Origin: an uncultured virus (IMG/VR IMGVR_UViG_3300038303_000074)
Taxonomy: Duplodnaviria > Heunggongvirae > Uroviricota > Caudoviricetes
Direction: 5' to 3' (one strand)
Length of the DNA: 64,000 nt
Virus record (IMG/VR): IMGVR_UViG_3300038303_000074
This document shows, one piece after another, positions 27,654-37,641 of this stretch. The notes below the pieces were generated by a model. It was given only the letters and a program-made list of their open reading frames with translations, searched no databases and was not told the DNA's origin. Positions within the stretch are counted from its first letter, which is position 1; every line of letters starts with the position of its first letter. The position numbers and the translations under genes are program-made.

Positions 27654-27980
27654 ATGGCAACTAATACATTCAAGAACGCGCACGGTGAAGCCCCGTCCTC
27701 CACGGCGGCGGCGTACACGGTGCCAGCTTCCACGGCGACGGTCGTCTTCGGGGGTAGCTTTTCCAACATCGACGGCACCAACGAAGTGGACTTGTTTGTC
27801 ACGGTGGTCGATACATCGGCGGGCACGACAAAGTTTATCGTGAAGGGCTTGCCCATCCCGATCAACGACACGTACTTCCTCGACAGCAAGATCACGCTGG
27901 AAACAACGGATACGATCAACATCTATTCCACCGCCACGGGGGACGTTGACTACACCCTCGCACTGTTGGAGATCAGCTAA
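27654..27980 (+). CDS. Small structural protein
   Basis: MATNTFK...LLEIS; typically follows AIALG-ending fibre genes. Confidence 0.65.
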   Translation: MATNTFKNAHGEAPSSTAAAYTVPASTATVVFGGSFSNIDGTNEVDLFVTVVDTSAGTTKFIVKGLPIPINDTYFLDSKITLETTDTINIYSTATGDVDYTLALLEIS

Positions 27981-28675
27981 TGGGTTACGCAAAAGGTGAG
28001 AGTGTCATTGGCACTGCCAACCTGGAAGATAACGCCGTCACGCTCCCCAAGATGGCGCAGCTTGGCACGTCCGGGCAGGTGTTAACCTCTAACGGTACGT
28101 CTTCTGATCCATCTTATCAGACACCATCGACTGTTGACCTAACCGCCGTCGAAACCAGTATCATTTCTGACACAGACAACACTGATGATCTTGGTACAGC
28201 CGCGAAGGCTTGGAAAGACTTATACCTTGCTGGCGGTTTGTATGTTGGTGGAACGACCAGTGCAAATTTCTTGGACGACTATGAGACAGGAACGTGGACG
28301 CCTACTATAGGCGCGTCTACCAGTCAGTCAGGCCAAGCCTACTCCAATCAATCTGGATCATATGTCAAATCAGGCGATATGGTATGCTGTGTATTTCAGG
28401 TGATACTATCTACTGAGGGCACACTCAGCGGGCAAGTACAGATACAAAGCCTGCCCTTCACTTCACATTCGGTATCTGCTGCGGGTGTAGCATTTGGTTA
28501 TTGGGATTACTCTGTACCAACCGACAGAGACTGTCTTATTGGTCACTTTGGCGGAAGTGAAGCAGTGGTTAATTTGTATACCGGGGGCGTGGCTGGTTCT
28601 CCGCTTCAACTTACGTCTACGCACATAACAAGCGCATCAAGGTTCTCTGGAACCATTACCTACAGAGTTGCTTAA
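27980..28675 (+). CDS. Tail fibre protein
   Basis: GQVLTSNG and LDDYETGTWTP..GSYVKSG...SLPF fibre-tip motifs. Confidence 0.75.
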   Translation: MGYAKGESVIGTANLEDNAVTLPKMAQLGTSGQVLTSNGTSSDPSYQTPSTVDLTAVETSIISDTDNTDDLGTAAKAWKDLYLAGGLYVGGTTSANFLDDYETGTWTPTIGASTSQSGQAYSNQSGSYVKSGDMVCCVFQVILSTEGTLSGQVQIQSLPFTSHSVSAAGVAFGYWDYSVPTDRDCLIGHFGGSEAVVNLYTGGVAGSPLQLTSTHITSASRFSGTITYRVA

Positions 28676-28685
28676 GGATAGAACA

Positions 28686-28955
28686 ATGGCATTAGTAGAA
28701 CAGACAGTCTTGGATAGGGTTGAGATCGTTGGCCCGTTTAAGCATATTCAGTGTCGACATGACAACCGCATTGTGGATGATGTTACTGGCGAAGTTAAGT
28801 CATCTGGTAACTTTGAACGGCACGTACTCAGTCCCGGTGATGATGTATCCGGCGAACCCGCTGATATTCAGGCTATTGCTAACGCCATGTGGACACAGGA
28901 AATCATTGACGCCTTTGCGGTGTCCCAAGCTGAACAGAAACCTGTCACGGAGTAG
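28686..28955 (+). CDS. Putative tail fibre assembly protein
   Basis: RHVLSPGDDVSGE..IQAIANAMWT; directly after a fibre gene. Confidence 0.6.
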   Translation: MALVEQTVLDRVEIVGPFKHIQCRHDNRIVDDVTGEVKSSGNFERHVLSPGDDVSGEPADIQAIANAMWTQEIIDAFAVSQAEQKPVTE

Positions 28956-28961
28956 CAGCTA

Positions 28962-29798
28962 ATGCCATTTGCAAAACGACATAGCCCAACGGCCTACCAG
29001 ATGTTCACGTACACGGCGGTCGGGGCAGAGACATCATTCACGGGGTCTGATGATAACAGCAACACCCTGTCGTATGACCCGGCGACTGTCGTCTGCTACA
29101 TCGACGGCGTGAAGCTGCTGGCCGCTGATTACACAGCGACGGATGGCACGAACATCACGGGCATCGCCGCCATGACGGCTGGCCAGACCTTTGAAGCTGA
29201 AGCCATTGGTGATAGTGGCAACCCTATTGTGAGTTACACCAAAGCTGCTGGAGATGCTAAGTATGCCTTGTTAGGTGCCAACAGTGACATCACCAGCCTT
29301 ACTGGTTTGACTACGCCATTGTCAGAAGCACAGGGCGGTACTGGTCTGACAAGTCTGCCTACGAGTGATGGGACTGTTGGTGTTGCTTTCCTTTGTGAGA
29401 ACTCAGTCGAGGATAATAATATCACAGGCGACGGCACGTTAAGTGGTACATTGGACTTTGATACAGAAAGGTTCGATGTTGGAGGCGACTTTGCCTCTGA
29501 TACATTCACTGCGCCATCCACCGGGAAGTACCTTTTAGGCGTAACACTTCTCATGGGTGGAGTGCTGACTTCACATGATGACACTCAAGTACAAATCATT
29601 ACATCTAATCGGACCTACAAATCTGAACGGCTAAACGCTGGAAACTGTGTGGCTGGTGATCTTTTGGACCTTAATTTCTGTATACTGTGCGACATGGATA
29701 CCTCAGACACTGCGATTGTTAAAGTCCAAATAGCTGCCAGTACGCTTGTCTGCGACTTGCGAGAAAGTTCACGCTTTTGGGGGATGTTAGTAGCATGA
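28962..29798 (+). CDS. Tail fibre protein with a C1q-like C-terminal domain
   Basis: GANSDITSL.GLTTPLS..QGGTG repeat; FTAPSTGKY motif. Confidence 0.7.
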   Translation: MPFAKRHSPTAYQMFTYTAVGAETSFTGSDDNSNTLSYDPATVVCYIDGVKLLAADYTATDGTNITGIAAMTAGQTFEAEAIGDSGNPIVSYTKAAGDAKYALLGANSDITSLTGLTTPLSEAQGGTGLTSLPTSDGTVGVAFLCENSVEDNNITGDGTLSGTLDFDTERFDVGGDFASDTFTAPSTGKYLLGVTLLMGGVLTSHDDTQVQIITSNRTYKSERLNAGNCVAGDLLDLNFCILCDMDTSDTAIVKVQIAASTLVCDLRESSRFWGMLVA

Positions 29799-30148
29799 GA
29801 AACTTAACACAAACAGAGAATGATGCCCTCGCCAAGATCGTAGCCGATCCCGTTGCATGGTGGACTAACGCTAACAGTGTCGAGAAGATTGACCATGAAC
29901 AAGCATTAGCCGATAAACTGGCTAGGCATGAAGGCGTTCACACAGACACTAAAGCTGAACGTGATGCCGTACAGTGGGCCAAAGACAATCAGCCACCTAC
30001 CTTTGAGCAGAAGATGGCACAGTCTGATCGCATCCTGTCACGCACAGAAGAAGACCTAGCCGACGCACTGGTAGCTAACGGCGGCACAATCCCTGATGCA
30101 CTGGCTACCAAAGTCGCAGACAAGAAGCAACTCAGGAGTGCTGGCTAA
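29795..30148 (+). CDS. Hypothetical (fibre chaperone-like) protein
   Basis: ATGA coupling to the fibre gene. Confidence 0.55.
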   Translation: MRNLTQTENDALAKIVADPVAWWTNANSVEKIDHEQALADKLARHEGVHTDTKAERDAVQWAKDNQPPTFEQKMAQSDRILSRTEEDLADALVANGGTIPDALATKVADKKQLRSAG

Positions 30149-30810
30149 TGAGTAACGCAAGAGACTTAGCTGATCTGGCTGATGATGCTACGACGGTGCC
30201 TACTGCGAGTACTGGCTATACTTCTATTCAAGTATTCACAGCAGACGGAACATGGACTAAGCCAGCCGGGATCAACCTGATCGTAGTTGAAGTTGTTGGC
30301 GGTGGTGGCGGTGGTGGCTATGGCCTAACGGCTTGGCCTTCTGCTGGTGGTGGTGCTGGTGGTACAGCTATTGAGACAATCGACGTATCTGCTATCTCGT
30401 CTGAAACTGTCACAGTAGGTCTTGGTGGCTCTGGCGGAATAAGTAGTTCGTCTACAGAGCCGGGAGTAGGTCAAGCAGCTGAAAGTAGTTCGTTTGGCGC
30501 ACATTGCTCCGCCACTCCCGGAGTTGATGCCACAGCTACACAAAGACAAGCTGGTGGGACAGGAACTGGTGGAGATATTAACATCAGAGGTGGTGCCAGT
30601 GATAGCGGACACCAAATTGACAGCAGTCACTCCTATGATATGGGAGGTGCTGGTGGGGACAGTACTCGTGGTCCCGGAGGTTCTGGCGGACACCAAAATG
30701 CTGGACAAGATGGAGTAAATGGAAGTGGCGGCGGCGGTTGTTATAGCGCTACTGGCTACGACGGTGGTGATGGTGGCGACGGAATTGTCATAGTTTGGGA
30801 GTACACGTAA
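30148..30810 (+). CDS. Glycine-rich tail fibre/adhesin domain protein
   Basis: FTADGTWTKP...VVGGGGGGG...GGDGIVIVWEY. Confidence 0.75.
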   Translation: MSNARDLADLADDATTVPTASTGYTSIQVFTADGTWTKPAGINLIVVEVVGGGGGGGYGLTAWPSAGGGAGGTAIETIDVSAISSETVTVGLGGSGGISSSSTEPGVGQAAESSSFGAHCSATPGVDATATQRQAGGTGTGGDINIRGGASDSGHQIDSSHSYDMGGAGGDSTRGPGGSGGHQNAGQDGVNGSGGGGCYSATGYDGGDGGDGIVIVWEYT

Positions 30811-31115
30811 TGACTACATTTGCAATAATCGAAGATGGTGTTGTCACCCAACTGTTAGTGCGTGATGCCCTTCCGCCCATGCACCCTGACTTGGCGTATG
30901 TGGAAGTGCCTGACGGTACGCAGCGTTACCAGACATTTGACGGTACGAACTTTGGGCCAAGGCCTACTCGCTCTGCCCCAACAGTCGATGAACTACGCAT
31001 CGCAGCTTACGGACCAATCGGTGATCAGCTTGATATGCAATACAAAGACGCTCTGAACGGTACGACGACTTGGGCTGATCATATCGCTGCGGTCAAAGCC
31101 GCTAACCCAAAATAA
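30810..31115 (+). CDS. Putative tail fibre assembly protein
   Basis: AYGPIGDQLDMQY...IAAVKAANPK motif. Confidence 0.65.
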   Translation: MTTFAIIEDGVVTQLLVRDALPPMHPDLAYVEVPDGTQRYQTFDGTNFGPRPTRSAPTVDELRIAAYGPIGDQLDMQYKDALNGTTTWADHIAAVKAANPK

Positions 31116-31127
31116 CGGAGCGAACCT

Positions 31128-31427
31128 GTGCCAGTAAAACTGATCAATGAAGCGGCCCCTATCGTCAGAATGTTACTGGTGATGATCGTCGTTGCGTTCT
31201 CCGCTGGCGTCACCTACATGGTGATCACGGGCGATATTGGCGGACTGCAATCTGCTGTTGCGGCAGAGAAGAAAGTCACGACACAGTTGACCAAGGCGGT
31301 CAACCAGATCGCGGTGCGGCAAGCTGTGATCCAAACCAAGCTGGACGCAGAGCAACAACGGTCCAAGGAGTTCAGGCGCGACACAGCGAAGGCTCTTGAT
31401 CGTATTTTGAACGCGCTCAATAAGTAA
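31128..31427 (+). CDS. Membrane-anchored coiled-coil protein
   Basis: One N-terminal TM segment followed by a coiled coil. Confidence 0.55.
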   Translation: MPVKLINEAAPIVRMLLVMIVVAFSAGVTYMVITGDIGGLQSAVAAEKKVTTQLTKAVNQIAVRQAVIQTKLDAEQQRSKEFRRDTAKALDRILNALNK

Positions 31428-31431
31428 TGTT

Positions 31432-31710
31432 ATGGAAGGTTTTAGCCTGGACATGCTGTTATCTGGCGGAGGCGGGGTCCTGGTGGCTGCTGCCTCTGGC
31501 TGGTTTGCAGTAAAATACGGGCAGGCCGAGAATGCGAAGGCGATTAAAGAGTTGGCGAAGCGGGTCGAAAATCTCGCAGACCAGATCAGCGCCCAATGGA
31601 CAAAACTGGACGGGCTGTCAGGAAGGCAGCAGCGAGACTTCGTAGGCCTTGAGTGGTTGCGCCGAGACCTGGATAGGGCGGAAGCCCAGATAGATAAGTT
31701 GAGAGGGTAG
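31432..31710 (+). CDS. Membrane-anchored coiled-coil protein
   Basis: Hydrophobic N-terminus followed by a coiled coil. Confidence 0.55.
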   Translation: MEGFSLDMLLSGGGGVLVAAASGWFAVKYGQAENAKAIKELAKRVENLADQISAQWTKLDGLSGRQQRDFVGLEWLRRDLDRAEAQIDKLRG

Positions 31711-31713
31711 ACG

Positions 31714-33579
31714 ATGCCGTTAATGCCGCTGGACCTGAAGCCCGGAATAGATCGCCAGGGCACCAACCTGACGAACTCAGGCGGGTGGTACGACGGCAGC
31801 CTCGTGCGCTTTCAGAGCGGCCACCCCGAGATCATGGGCGGCTGGATCAAGACGTCACAGTCCAACACCTTTCTCGGCACCGCCCGGTCGCTGAAGCCGT
31901 GGACCGCGCTCGACGGCACGAACCTGTACGGCATGGGCACCAACGTCAAATACTATATCGTTCGAGGCTTTGCCTTCCACGACGTGACCCCGATCCGGCT
32001 GACCGCTACTCTTGGCACTGACCCGTTCACGACGGACGCTTCAGGGTCGGCAGTGGTGAGCGTCGCTCACACGTCTCACGGCGTCACCGCAGGGAGCTAC
32101 GTCACCTACAGCGCGACCACAGGGCCTATCGACGGCATCCCGGCATCAGAGTTTAACGCAGAGCACGCGGTCACCTCAGTGACGAGCGCCAACGCGTACA
32201 AGATCACCCTGACAACAAACGCCACGTCCGGCAGCGTCGCCGGTGGCGGCTCTTCCGTGTCCGCGGCCTACCAGATCAACATCGGCCTGTCGACATCGTT
32301 CACGGGCACAGGCTACGGCGCAGGCGAGTATGGCGCTGACGGTTACGGTGACCCCTCCACATCGCTCGTCGAGGGCGACCGGCTACGGCTGTGGTCGCAG
32401 GATAACTTCGGCGAGGACCTTGTCACCAACCCTCGTGACGGCAGCATCTACTACTACGACACGTCCTCAGACGTCACCACGCGTATGGTCGACATCAGCA
32501 CTCTGGCGAGCGCCTCGGACACCCCGACTGTGTGCCGTCACGTCATCATGTCGGCCGAGGATCGCCACATGCTGGCGCTGGGCTGTAACCCCGCGGGTTC
32601 CGCTGTGCAGGACCCTATGCTGATCCGCTGGCCCGACACCGAGAGCATCGTCAACTGGACGACCGACACCTCGAACTCAGCAGGCAGCTTGCGCCTGAGT
32701 GACGGCTCCGAGATCATCACCGGCGTGCGGACGCAGCAGGAAAATCTGGTCTGGACGGACAACGCGCTCTACGCGATCCGCTTCCTCGGGCCCCCGTTCA
32801 CGTTCGGCCAGACGCTGATCGCGACGAACACCAGCATCATCTCCCCGAACGCCATGGCGGTGCATGACAACACCACAGAGTGGATGGGCCGCGACAACTT
32901 CTTCGCCTACGACGGTCGCGTCATCCCGCTGCCCAGCACGGTGCGGGAGTACGTTTTCAACCGCATCAATCGCAGCCAGGAAGAGCAGGTCGTTGCCGGT
33001 ATCAACCGCAGCCACTTCGAGTGCATATGGTTCTACCCTTCAGGCACCTCCACCGTGCCGGATAGCTATGTCGTTCATAACTACCTGGAGAACCTGTGGT
33101 ACTTCGGCACGCTGACGCGGACGCTGTGGATCGACAGAAACTTCGACGACTACCCGCTGGCCGCTGGCACGGACGGCGTACTGTATTACCAGGAGCATGG
33201 CTGCGACGACGGCAGCACCACACCGGTGTCCGCCATGAACGCCTACATCGAGAGCAACGACTTCGAGCTGACCGATGGCTCGCGGTTCATGTTCGCGCGC
33301 CGCATCTTGCCCGACGTAACTTTCGCAGGGTCGACAGCCGCCTCGCCGGTCGTAACTCTGACGGTGACGCCGCGCGCCTTCCAGGGCGCAGACTACGACA
33401 CTGCGGACGCGTCAGCGATCACAAGGTCGTCCGAAACGCCCGTGGAGCAATACACAAAACAGGCCCATATCCGCGTGCGCGGCAGAGCCTTGAAGTATAA
33501 GGTATCCAGCAACACGGTCGGGGTTTTCTGGCGCGACGGCAAACCCTCGCTCGACGTAAGAATGGATGGCCGCCAATGA
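31714..33579 (+). CDS. Tail nozzle/DNA stabilisation protein (P22 gp10-like)
   Basis: 621 aa beta-rich; WSQDNFGEDL, DPMLIRW, RRILPD and C-terminal MDGR. Confidence 0.75.
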   Translation: MPLMPLDLKPGIDRQGTNLTNSGGWYDGSLVRFQSGHPEIMGGWIKTSQSNTFLGTARSLKPWTALDGTNLYGMGTNVKYYIVRGFAFHDVTPIRLTATLGTDPFTTDASGSAVVSVAHTSHGVTAGSYVTYSATTGPIDGIPASEFNAEHAVTSVTSANAYKITLTTNATSGSVAGGGSSVSAAYQINIGLSTSFTGTGYGAGEYGADGYGDPSTSLVEGDRLRLWSQDNFGEDLVTNPRDGSIYYYDTSSDVTTRMVDISTLASASDTPTVCRHVIMSAEDRHMLALGCNPAGSAVQDPMLIRWPDTESIVNWTTDTSNSAGSLRLSDGSEIITGVRTQQENLVWTDNALYAIRFLGPPFTFGQTLIATNTSIISPNAMAVHDNTTEWMGRDNFFAYDGRVIPLPSTVREYVFNRINRSQEEQVVAGINRSHFECIWFYPSGTSTVPDSYVVHNYLENLWYFGTLTRTLWIDRNFDDYPLAAGTDGVLYYQEHGCDDGSTTPVSAMNAYIESNDFELTDGSRFMFARRILPDVTFAGSTAASPVVTLTVTPRAFQGADYDTADASAITRSSETPVEQYTKQAHIRVRGRALKYKVSSNTVGVFWRDGKPSLDVRMDGRQ

Positions 33580-33878
33580 CCGCAGGCACAAAACTTTCGA
33601 GGACTGCCTTGCCACTCCCCCCGGCAGATTACGACCCTCTGCACATGAACAACTTGATCCGATCGATCGAGCAGTTCATGAGCTACATCGAGAACCCGGG
33701 GCCTTTGCGAGGTTCGACACTTAACGTAAGCAATCTGCCAACGAACGGCAGCGGGCTTAGAGATGGAGACGTGTTCTCCGACGACGGCGTGCTGAGCATC
33801 GCCGTTGCCAACAGGGCGTACGCAGCATCGTTCGCAGCAACAGGAGCCGTCGGCACAGTGACGGTATTGACGCCATGA
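33576..33878 (+). CDS. Conserved hypothetical virion protein
   Basis: LPLPPADYD start; coupled to the nozzle gene. Confidence 0.65.
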   Translation: MTAGTKLSRTALPLPPADYDPLHMNNLIRSIEQFMSYIENPGPLRGSTLNVSNLPTNGSGLRDGDVFSDDGVLSIAVANRAYAASFAATGAVGTVTVLTP

Positions 33879-36800
33879 AAAAACTCGCATCCCAGATGGC
33901 CGCACAGGGTCGCCACGGCGACACGCACCTCATGCATGTCAGCACAGACGAGCTGGCTGCGATCGAGGAATACGCACCCGGAGCGCTCACCACGAACCCT
34001 GACACCGGCCTGCCGGAAGCGTTCAGCCTGTCCAACGGGCTGGGCTCTGTCGTCGGCGGTCTCGCAGGGGCGTATCTCGGCGGCGGTAGCGCCCTGGCGA
34101 TGGGCATCGGCGCAGGCCTAGGCGCATACGCCACTGGCGCGTCTCCGAAGGAGAGTGCGTTCGCTGGCCTTGGCGGCGCAGCTATCGGCGCGTTCGGCGG
34201 CGGGGAAGCCCTCGGTCCTCTTCTGGGTTATGGCAGCAGCGCAGCTCCAGCAGTAGCAGGCACGACAGCCGCAGCAGCAGGCGGTGCAGGCTCCACAGTC
34301 TCAGGCAGTGGCGGTCTCGGCAGCATGTTTGGCAGCGGCGGCAACAGCATGAACATGATGCTTCCGGCTATGATGATGGCCGGTGCAGCAGTGCCGGGCC
34401 CGGAGCTTGAGCTGCAGGACCCCACGATCAACGCCGAGACAGCCTTGATGGCTGAGCACGCCAAGGAAGAAAGCTTCCCTGAGCCGCGCGTGATGGTTCA
34501 GCCTCCTGCGAACTATCGCCCGGGCGTCGATCCCGAGCACAACTATTTCCCGCAGCAGGGCTACGCTGAAGGCGGCACAGTCTCAGGCTACGCTGAAGGC
34601 GGCACGACAGGCTACGACCAGAACATGTCCGGCATTGAGGCCCTGCTACAGGCACGCCTCGGCTTCGGGTTCGGCTCGCCGAACAACCCCGCAAGCGGCA
34701 CCGGCGTGATGCTGCCCGGCGGCCTCGCACATAACGAGCTCGACTACGGCTTTGGCATCGACCACCCCACGATCAAAAACCCTGGCGACAGCACGCTCGA
34801 TGACGGCGGCGCAGGTTTCACCGATGGCCCTGACGCCACCGGCGGGGCGAACCAGTACGTGCAGCAGGGCGGCGACAACGGATATGACGGCGATACCGGC
34901 TACGGCCAAGGCGGCGGTGACGGTGACGGCTTCGACTGGGGCTTTGATCTGGGCATGCCCGACATGTCGTGGGGCGGCGCGGGCGCTGTCGCAGGGGTGC
35001 TGGCAGGTTCTCCTGTGGTTGGAATGGGGGCTCAGGCCCTCGGCTCGCTTGCAGACACCTATGCGGCAGACGAAACGTACGGCAACATGGGCTACGGCCC
35101 CGTCGACACCAGCTGGGCAAACGACTTTATGTCGCACGGCTTCACCGGCTTTTTGGGCATGGGTGAAAGCGCCGACGACGCAGGCCAACGCGCAATGGCC
35201 AACGCGGGGGCTCCAGTCCCCGGCGCTATCGAAGCAGGCTTCGTGTTCGACCCTGACAGCACCCCAGCCGTAGGCGCAAACCAGAACACCTCGCCCACTT
35301 TCCATAGCTACGACGCACCTGACGTGAACGCAGGCATGGCTGCAGCGGTTTCGCCGACCACCGCGGGACAAAGTGTTTCGGGATATGGTTTTGGCCACTC
35401 CGGGCATTCCGGCGGGGCCACTACGCCGGGCGTCGGAAGTTTAGGCGGCCATGGCGCTCACATGGGGGCCTTTGACCAAGAGCGTAGCATCCCCGACAAT
35501 GTCGCAGATTTCAGCGGGCTTATGAGCGGCTCGCAAACTCCTGCAGACCTGACCCCAGGGGAGCAGGAGGTGTATGACTTTACCATGGCTAGAAGCGGTA
35601 TTGCCGACCCTGTAGCAAACCACGACAACGCAATGTCCTCGGTAGCGGCGTACAACGGCACAGGCCGCGCCCCGAACAGCTGGGGCCACACGACGCCTTC
35701 CACCGACGCACCTGCAGCGTTCAGCTTCGACCTGATGCCTGACGTCGGCCCCGGAACGGCAACGCCTTCTACCGACCCTAACGGCACGGCAGCCGCTGCC
35801 GCAGAAAACGCAGTAAGTCACGCCATGGCCAGTTCCGCCCACATGGGTAACGCCATGAACGGTTACGGCAACATCGCAACGTCGTCGGGCACGGGCCTCG
35901 ACATCGCTGACGACGACGGTCTTTCAATAGCCAGCACCGGCGACGTGGCCATGGGACGGGCTCAAAACATAGGCGCGTACGGGCCGGAGACCGGCATGAC
36001 TATGAGCGAGGCGAGGGCTTTCGGCGCGCCCGCGGGGGCCAATATCGGCATGGGCTTGTCGAACCCGGGCAGCGTAGCAGGGATCAACGACATCGACATC
36101 GACGACGGGGTGTCACTGTCATCTGACGACGGCGCTCCGTCACTAAGTGTCGGCATGGGAGGCCCTATGGGCACCCCGGGCTTCGGCGCTACGTGGGGCG
36201 ACCAAGGTACGCTCGCCACTCCCGCAGCCACGACAGCGACACCGATATCCGCACCTTCTGCGGGCTACGCCACCGTGAACCTCGGCGTGCCCGCACCGAC
36301 AGTAAACGCAGGCCCTGTGTCCATATTCGACGCGAGCGTTACAGGGCACACCAACGATCCGAACGTGGCCAACCAGTCGATCGGCACCAACTTCTCGCAA
36401 GCGGAGCAGGATCGCGCCGCTGCGCAGGCAGCCAAGACCGGCAAGGCGACACGCAGCTACGCTTTGAACGGAAATCAGCAAGCAGCTGCAGCAGCACAAG
36501 CTGCGGCGGAAAAAGAAGCTATGGCCATCGCCGCTGCGGCGCTGGCCGCGCAGCAAGGCGGGAAGGGCTACTCAGGCGACGGCCACGGCAACGTTTCAGG
36601 CGGCCACTCCGGCGGCAACGTAGGCACTGCAGGCAGCGCAGGGGCCGGGTACGGCATGGGCGGCGGCTATGGCGGCGTCACTGGCGGCGAGTGGGCTGGC
36701 GGCGGTTACGCCGAAGGCGGCTCCATAACCTCAGCACCCGAAGGCCCGCAGGAGATGCAGGTCTACGAGGCTGCCAAGATGGCGATCCGCGGACATCACC

Positions 36801-37171
36801 CACAGCCTGAGCAGGCGATAGAGACATTCATTCAGGTCTTCGGTCAGGATGCTTTCCAGCGCCTCAAGGCACAGGTCCTCAGCGAGGGCGGCCAAGGTGG
36901 TGACGGCGGTCACGTCAAAGGTCCCGGCACCGGCAGGAGCGATAGCGTCCCCGCTACGATCGACGGCAAAGAAAACATCAACCTCAGCAATGGCGAGTTC
37001 GTCATCCCCGAGGATGTTGTCTCCGGGCTGGGCGGCGGCTCCAACGAGCAGGGCGCAGCCGGACTGCGCGGCATGATGGGTCAGGTGCGTCAGGCGTCGC
37101 CACAGCAGCCGGTGCAATCTCAACCTCCGTTGGTCGCGCCACCTCGTCAGGCAGGGGTGCTGCCACGATGA
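33875..37171 (+). CDS. Internal virion/ejection protein, Gly-rich
   Basis: QGRHGDTHLMH..TNPDTGLPEAF N-terminus; GPGTGRSDSVPA..LSNGEFVIP C-terminal domain; YAEGG motifs. Confidence 0.75.
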   Translation: MKKLASQMAAQGRHGDTHLMHVSTDELAAIEEYAPGALTTNPDTGLPEAFSLSNGLGSVVGGLAGAYLGGGSALAMGIGAGLGAYATGASPKESAFAGLGGAAIGAFGGGEALGPLLGYGSSAAPAVAGTTAAAAGGAGSTVSGSGGLGSMFGSGGNSMNMMLPAMMMAGAAVPGPELELQDPTINAETALMAEHAKEESFPEPRVMVQPPANYRPGVDPEHNYFPQQGYAEGGTVSGYAEGGTTGYDQNMSGIEALLQARLGFGFGSPNNPASGTGVMLPGGLAHNELDYGFGIDHPTIKNPGDSTLDDGGAGFTDGPDATGGANQYVQQGGDNGYDGDTGYGQGGGDGDGFDWGFDLGMPDMSWGGAGAVAGVLAGSPVVGMGAQALGSLADTYAADETYGNMGYGPVDTSWANDFMSHGFTGFLGMGESADDAGQRAMANAGAPVPGAIEAGFVFDPDSTPAVGANQNTSPTFHSYDAPDVNAGMAAAVSPTTAGQSVSGYGFGHSGHSGGATTPGVGSLGGHGAHMGAFDQERSIPDNVADFSGLMSGSQTPADLTPGEQEVYDFTMARSGIADPVANHDNAMSSVAAYNGTGRAPNSWGHTTPSTDAPAAFSFDLMPDVGPGTATPSTDPNGTAAAAAENAVSHAMASSAHMGNAMNGYGNIATSSGTGLDIADDDGLSIASTGDVAMGRAQNIGAYGPETGMTMSEARAFGAPAGANIGMGLSNPGSVAGINDIDIDDGVSLSSDDGAPSLSVGMGGPMGTPGFGATWGDQGTLATPAATTATPISAPSAGYATVNLGVPAPTVNAGPVSIFDASVTGHTNDPNVANQSIGTNFSQAEQDRAAAQAAKTGKATRSYALNGNQQAAAAAQAAAEKEAMAIAAAALAAQQGGKGYSGDGHGNVSGGHSGGNVGTAGSAGAGYGMGGGYGGVTGGEWAGGGYAEGGSITSAPEGPQEMQVYEAAKMAIRGHHPQPEQAIETFIQVFGQDAFQRLKAQVLSEGGQGGDGGHVKGPGTGRSDSVPATIDGKENINLSNGEFVIPEDVVSGLGGGSNEQGAAGLRGMMGQVRQASPQQPVQSQPPLVAPPRQAGVLPR

Positions 37172-37641
37172 GCATCAACATCTCCATGATCCCCCTGCAA
37201 CACGTCCCTGTCGTGTGGGAAGAGGCCGCAACGCACGTCGAGGGTGCGCTGGACGGAAACCGGTCGGTCGAGGAGGTCCTTCAGGAGCTTCTGGACGACC
37301 ACGCCACACTCTGGGTCATGCTGGATCACTCGGTGCTGGACGGCGGCCAGCTGGGCGTTATGGGTGCATGCGTCACGAAGGTGCATACCTATACCTCCCG
37401 AAGGGTGCTGTACGTAGCGTACTGCGGCGGTGAGCGGATGGACGAGTGGCTTGATCCGCTGCTGTCCACGCTCGAAAATTATGGCCGTGATGCCGGTTGC
37501 GCCGTCCTTGAGATGGTCGGCAGGCGCGGCTGGGAGCGCACGCTGGCAAGTTCCGGCTGGACGTTCCCCCAAAGTGTCGGTAGAAAAGAACTATCAGGTG
37601 GCCGCAAAGCCCCTGTTGAAAGGAGTGCAGCTCATGGGTAA
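37168..37641 (+). CDS. GNAT-fold-like conserved phage protein
   Basis: YCGGERMDEW...GC..LEMVGRRGWER motif. Confidence 0.6.
   Translation: MSINISMIPLQHVPVVWEEAATHVEGALDGNRSVEEVLQELLDDHATLWVMLDHSVLDGGQLGVMGACVTKVHTYTSRRVLYVAYCGGERMDEWLDPLLSTLENYGRDAGCAVLEMVGRRGWERTLASSGWTFPQSVGRKELSGGRKAPVERSAAHG

Noticed and set aside
27980..31115. Diversity-generating retroelement acting on the tail fibre genes
   Set aside because: No reverse transcriptase gene and no template/variable repeat pair was seen.
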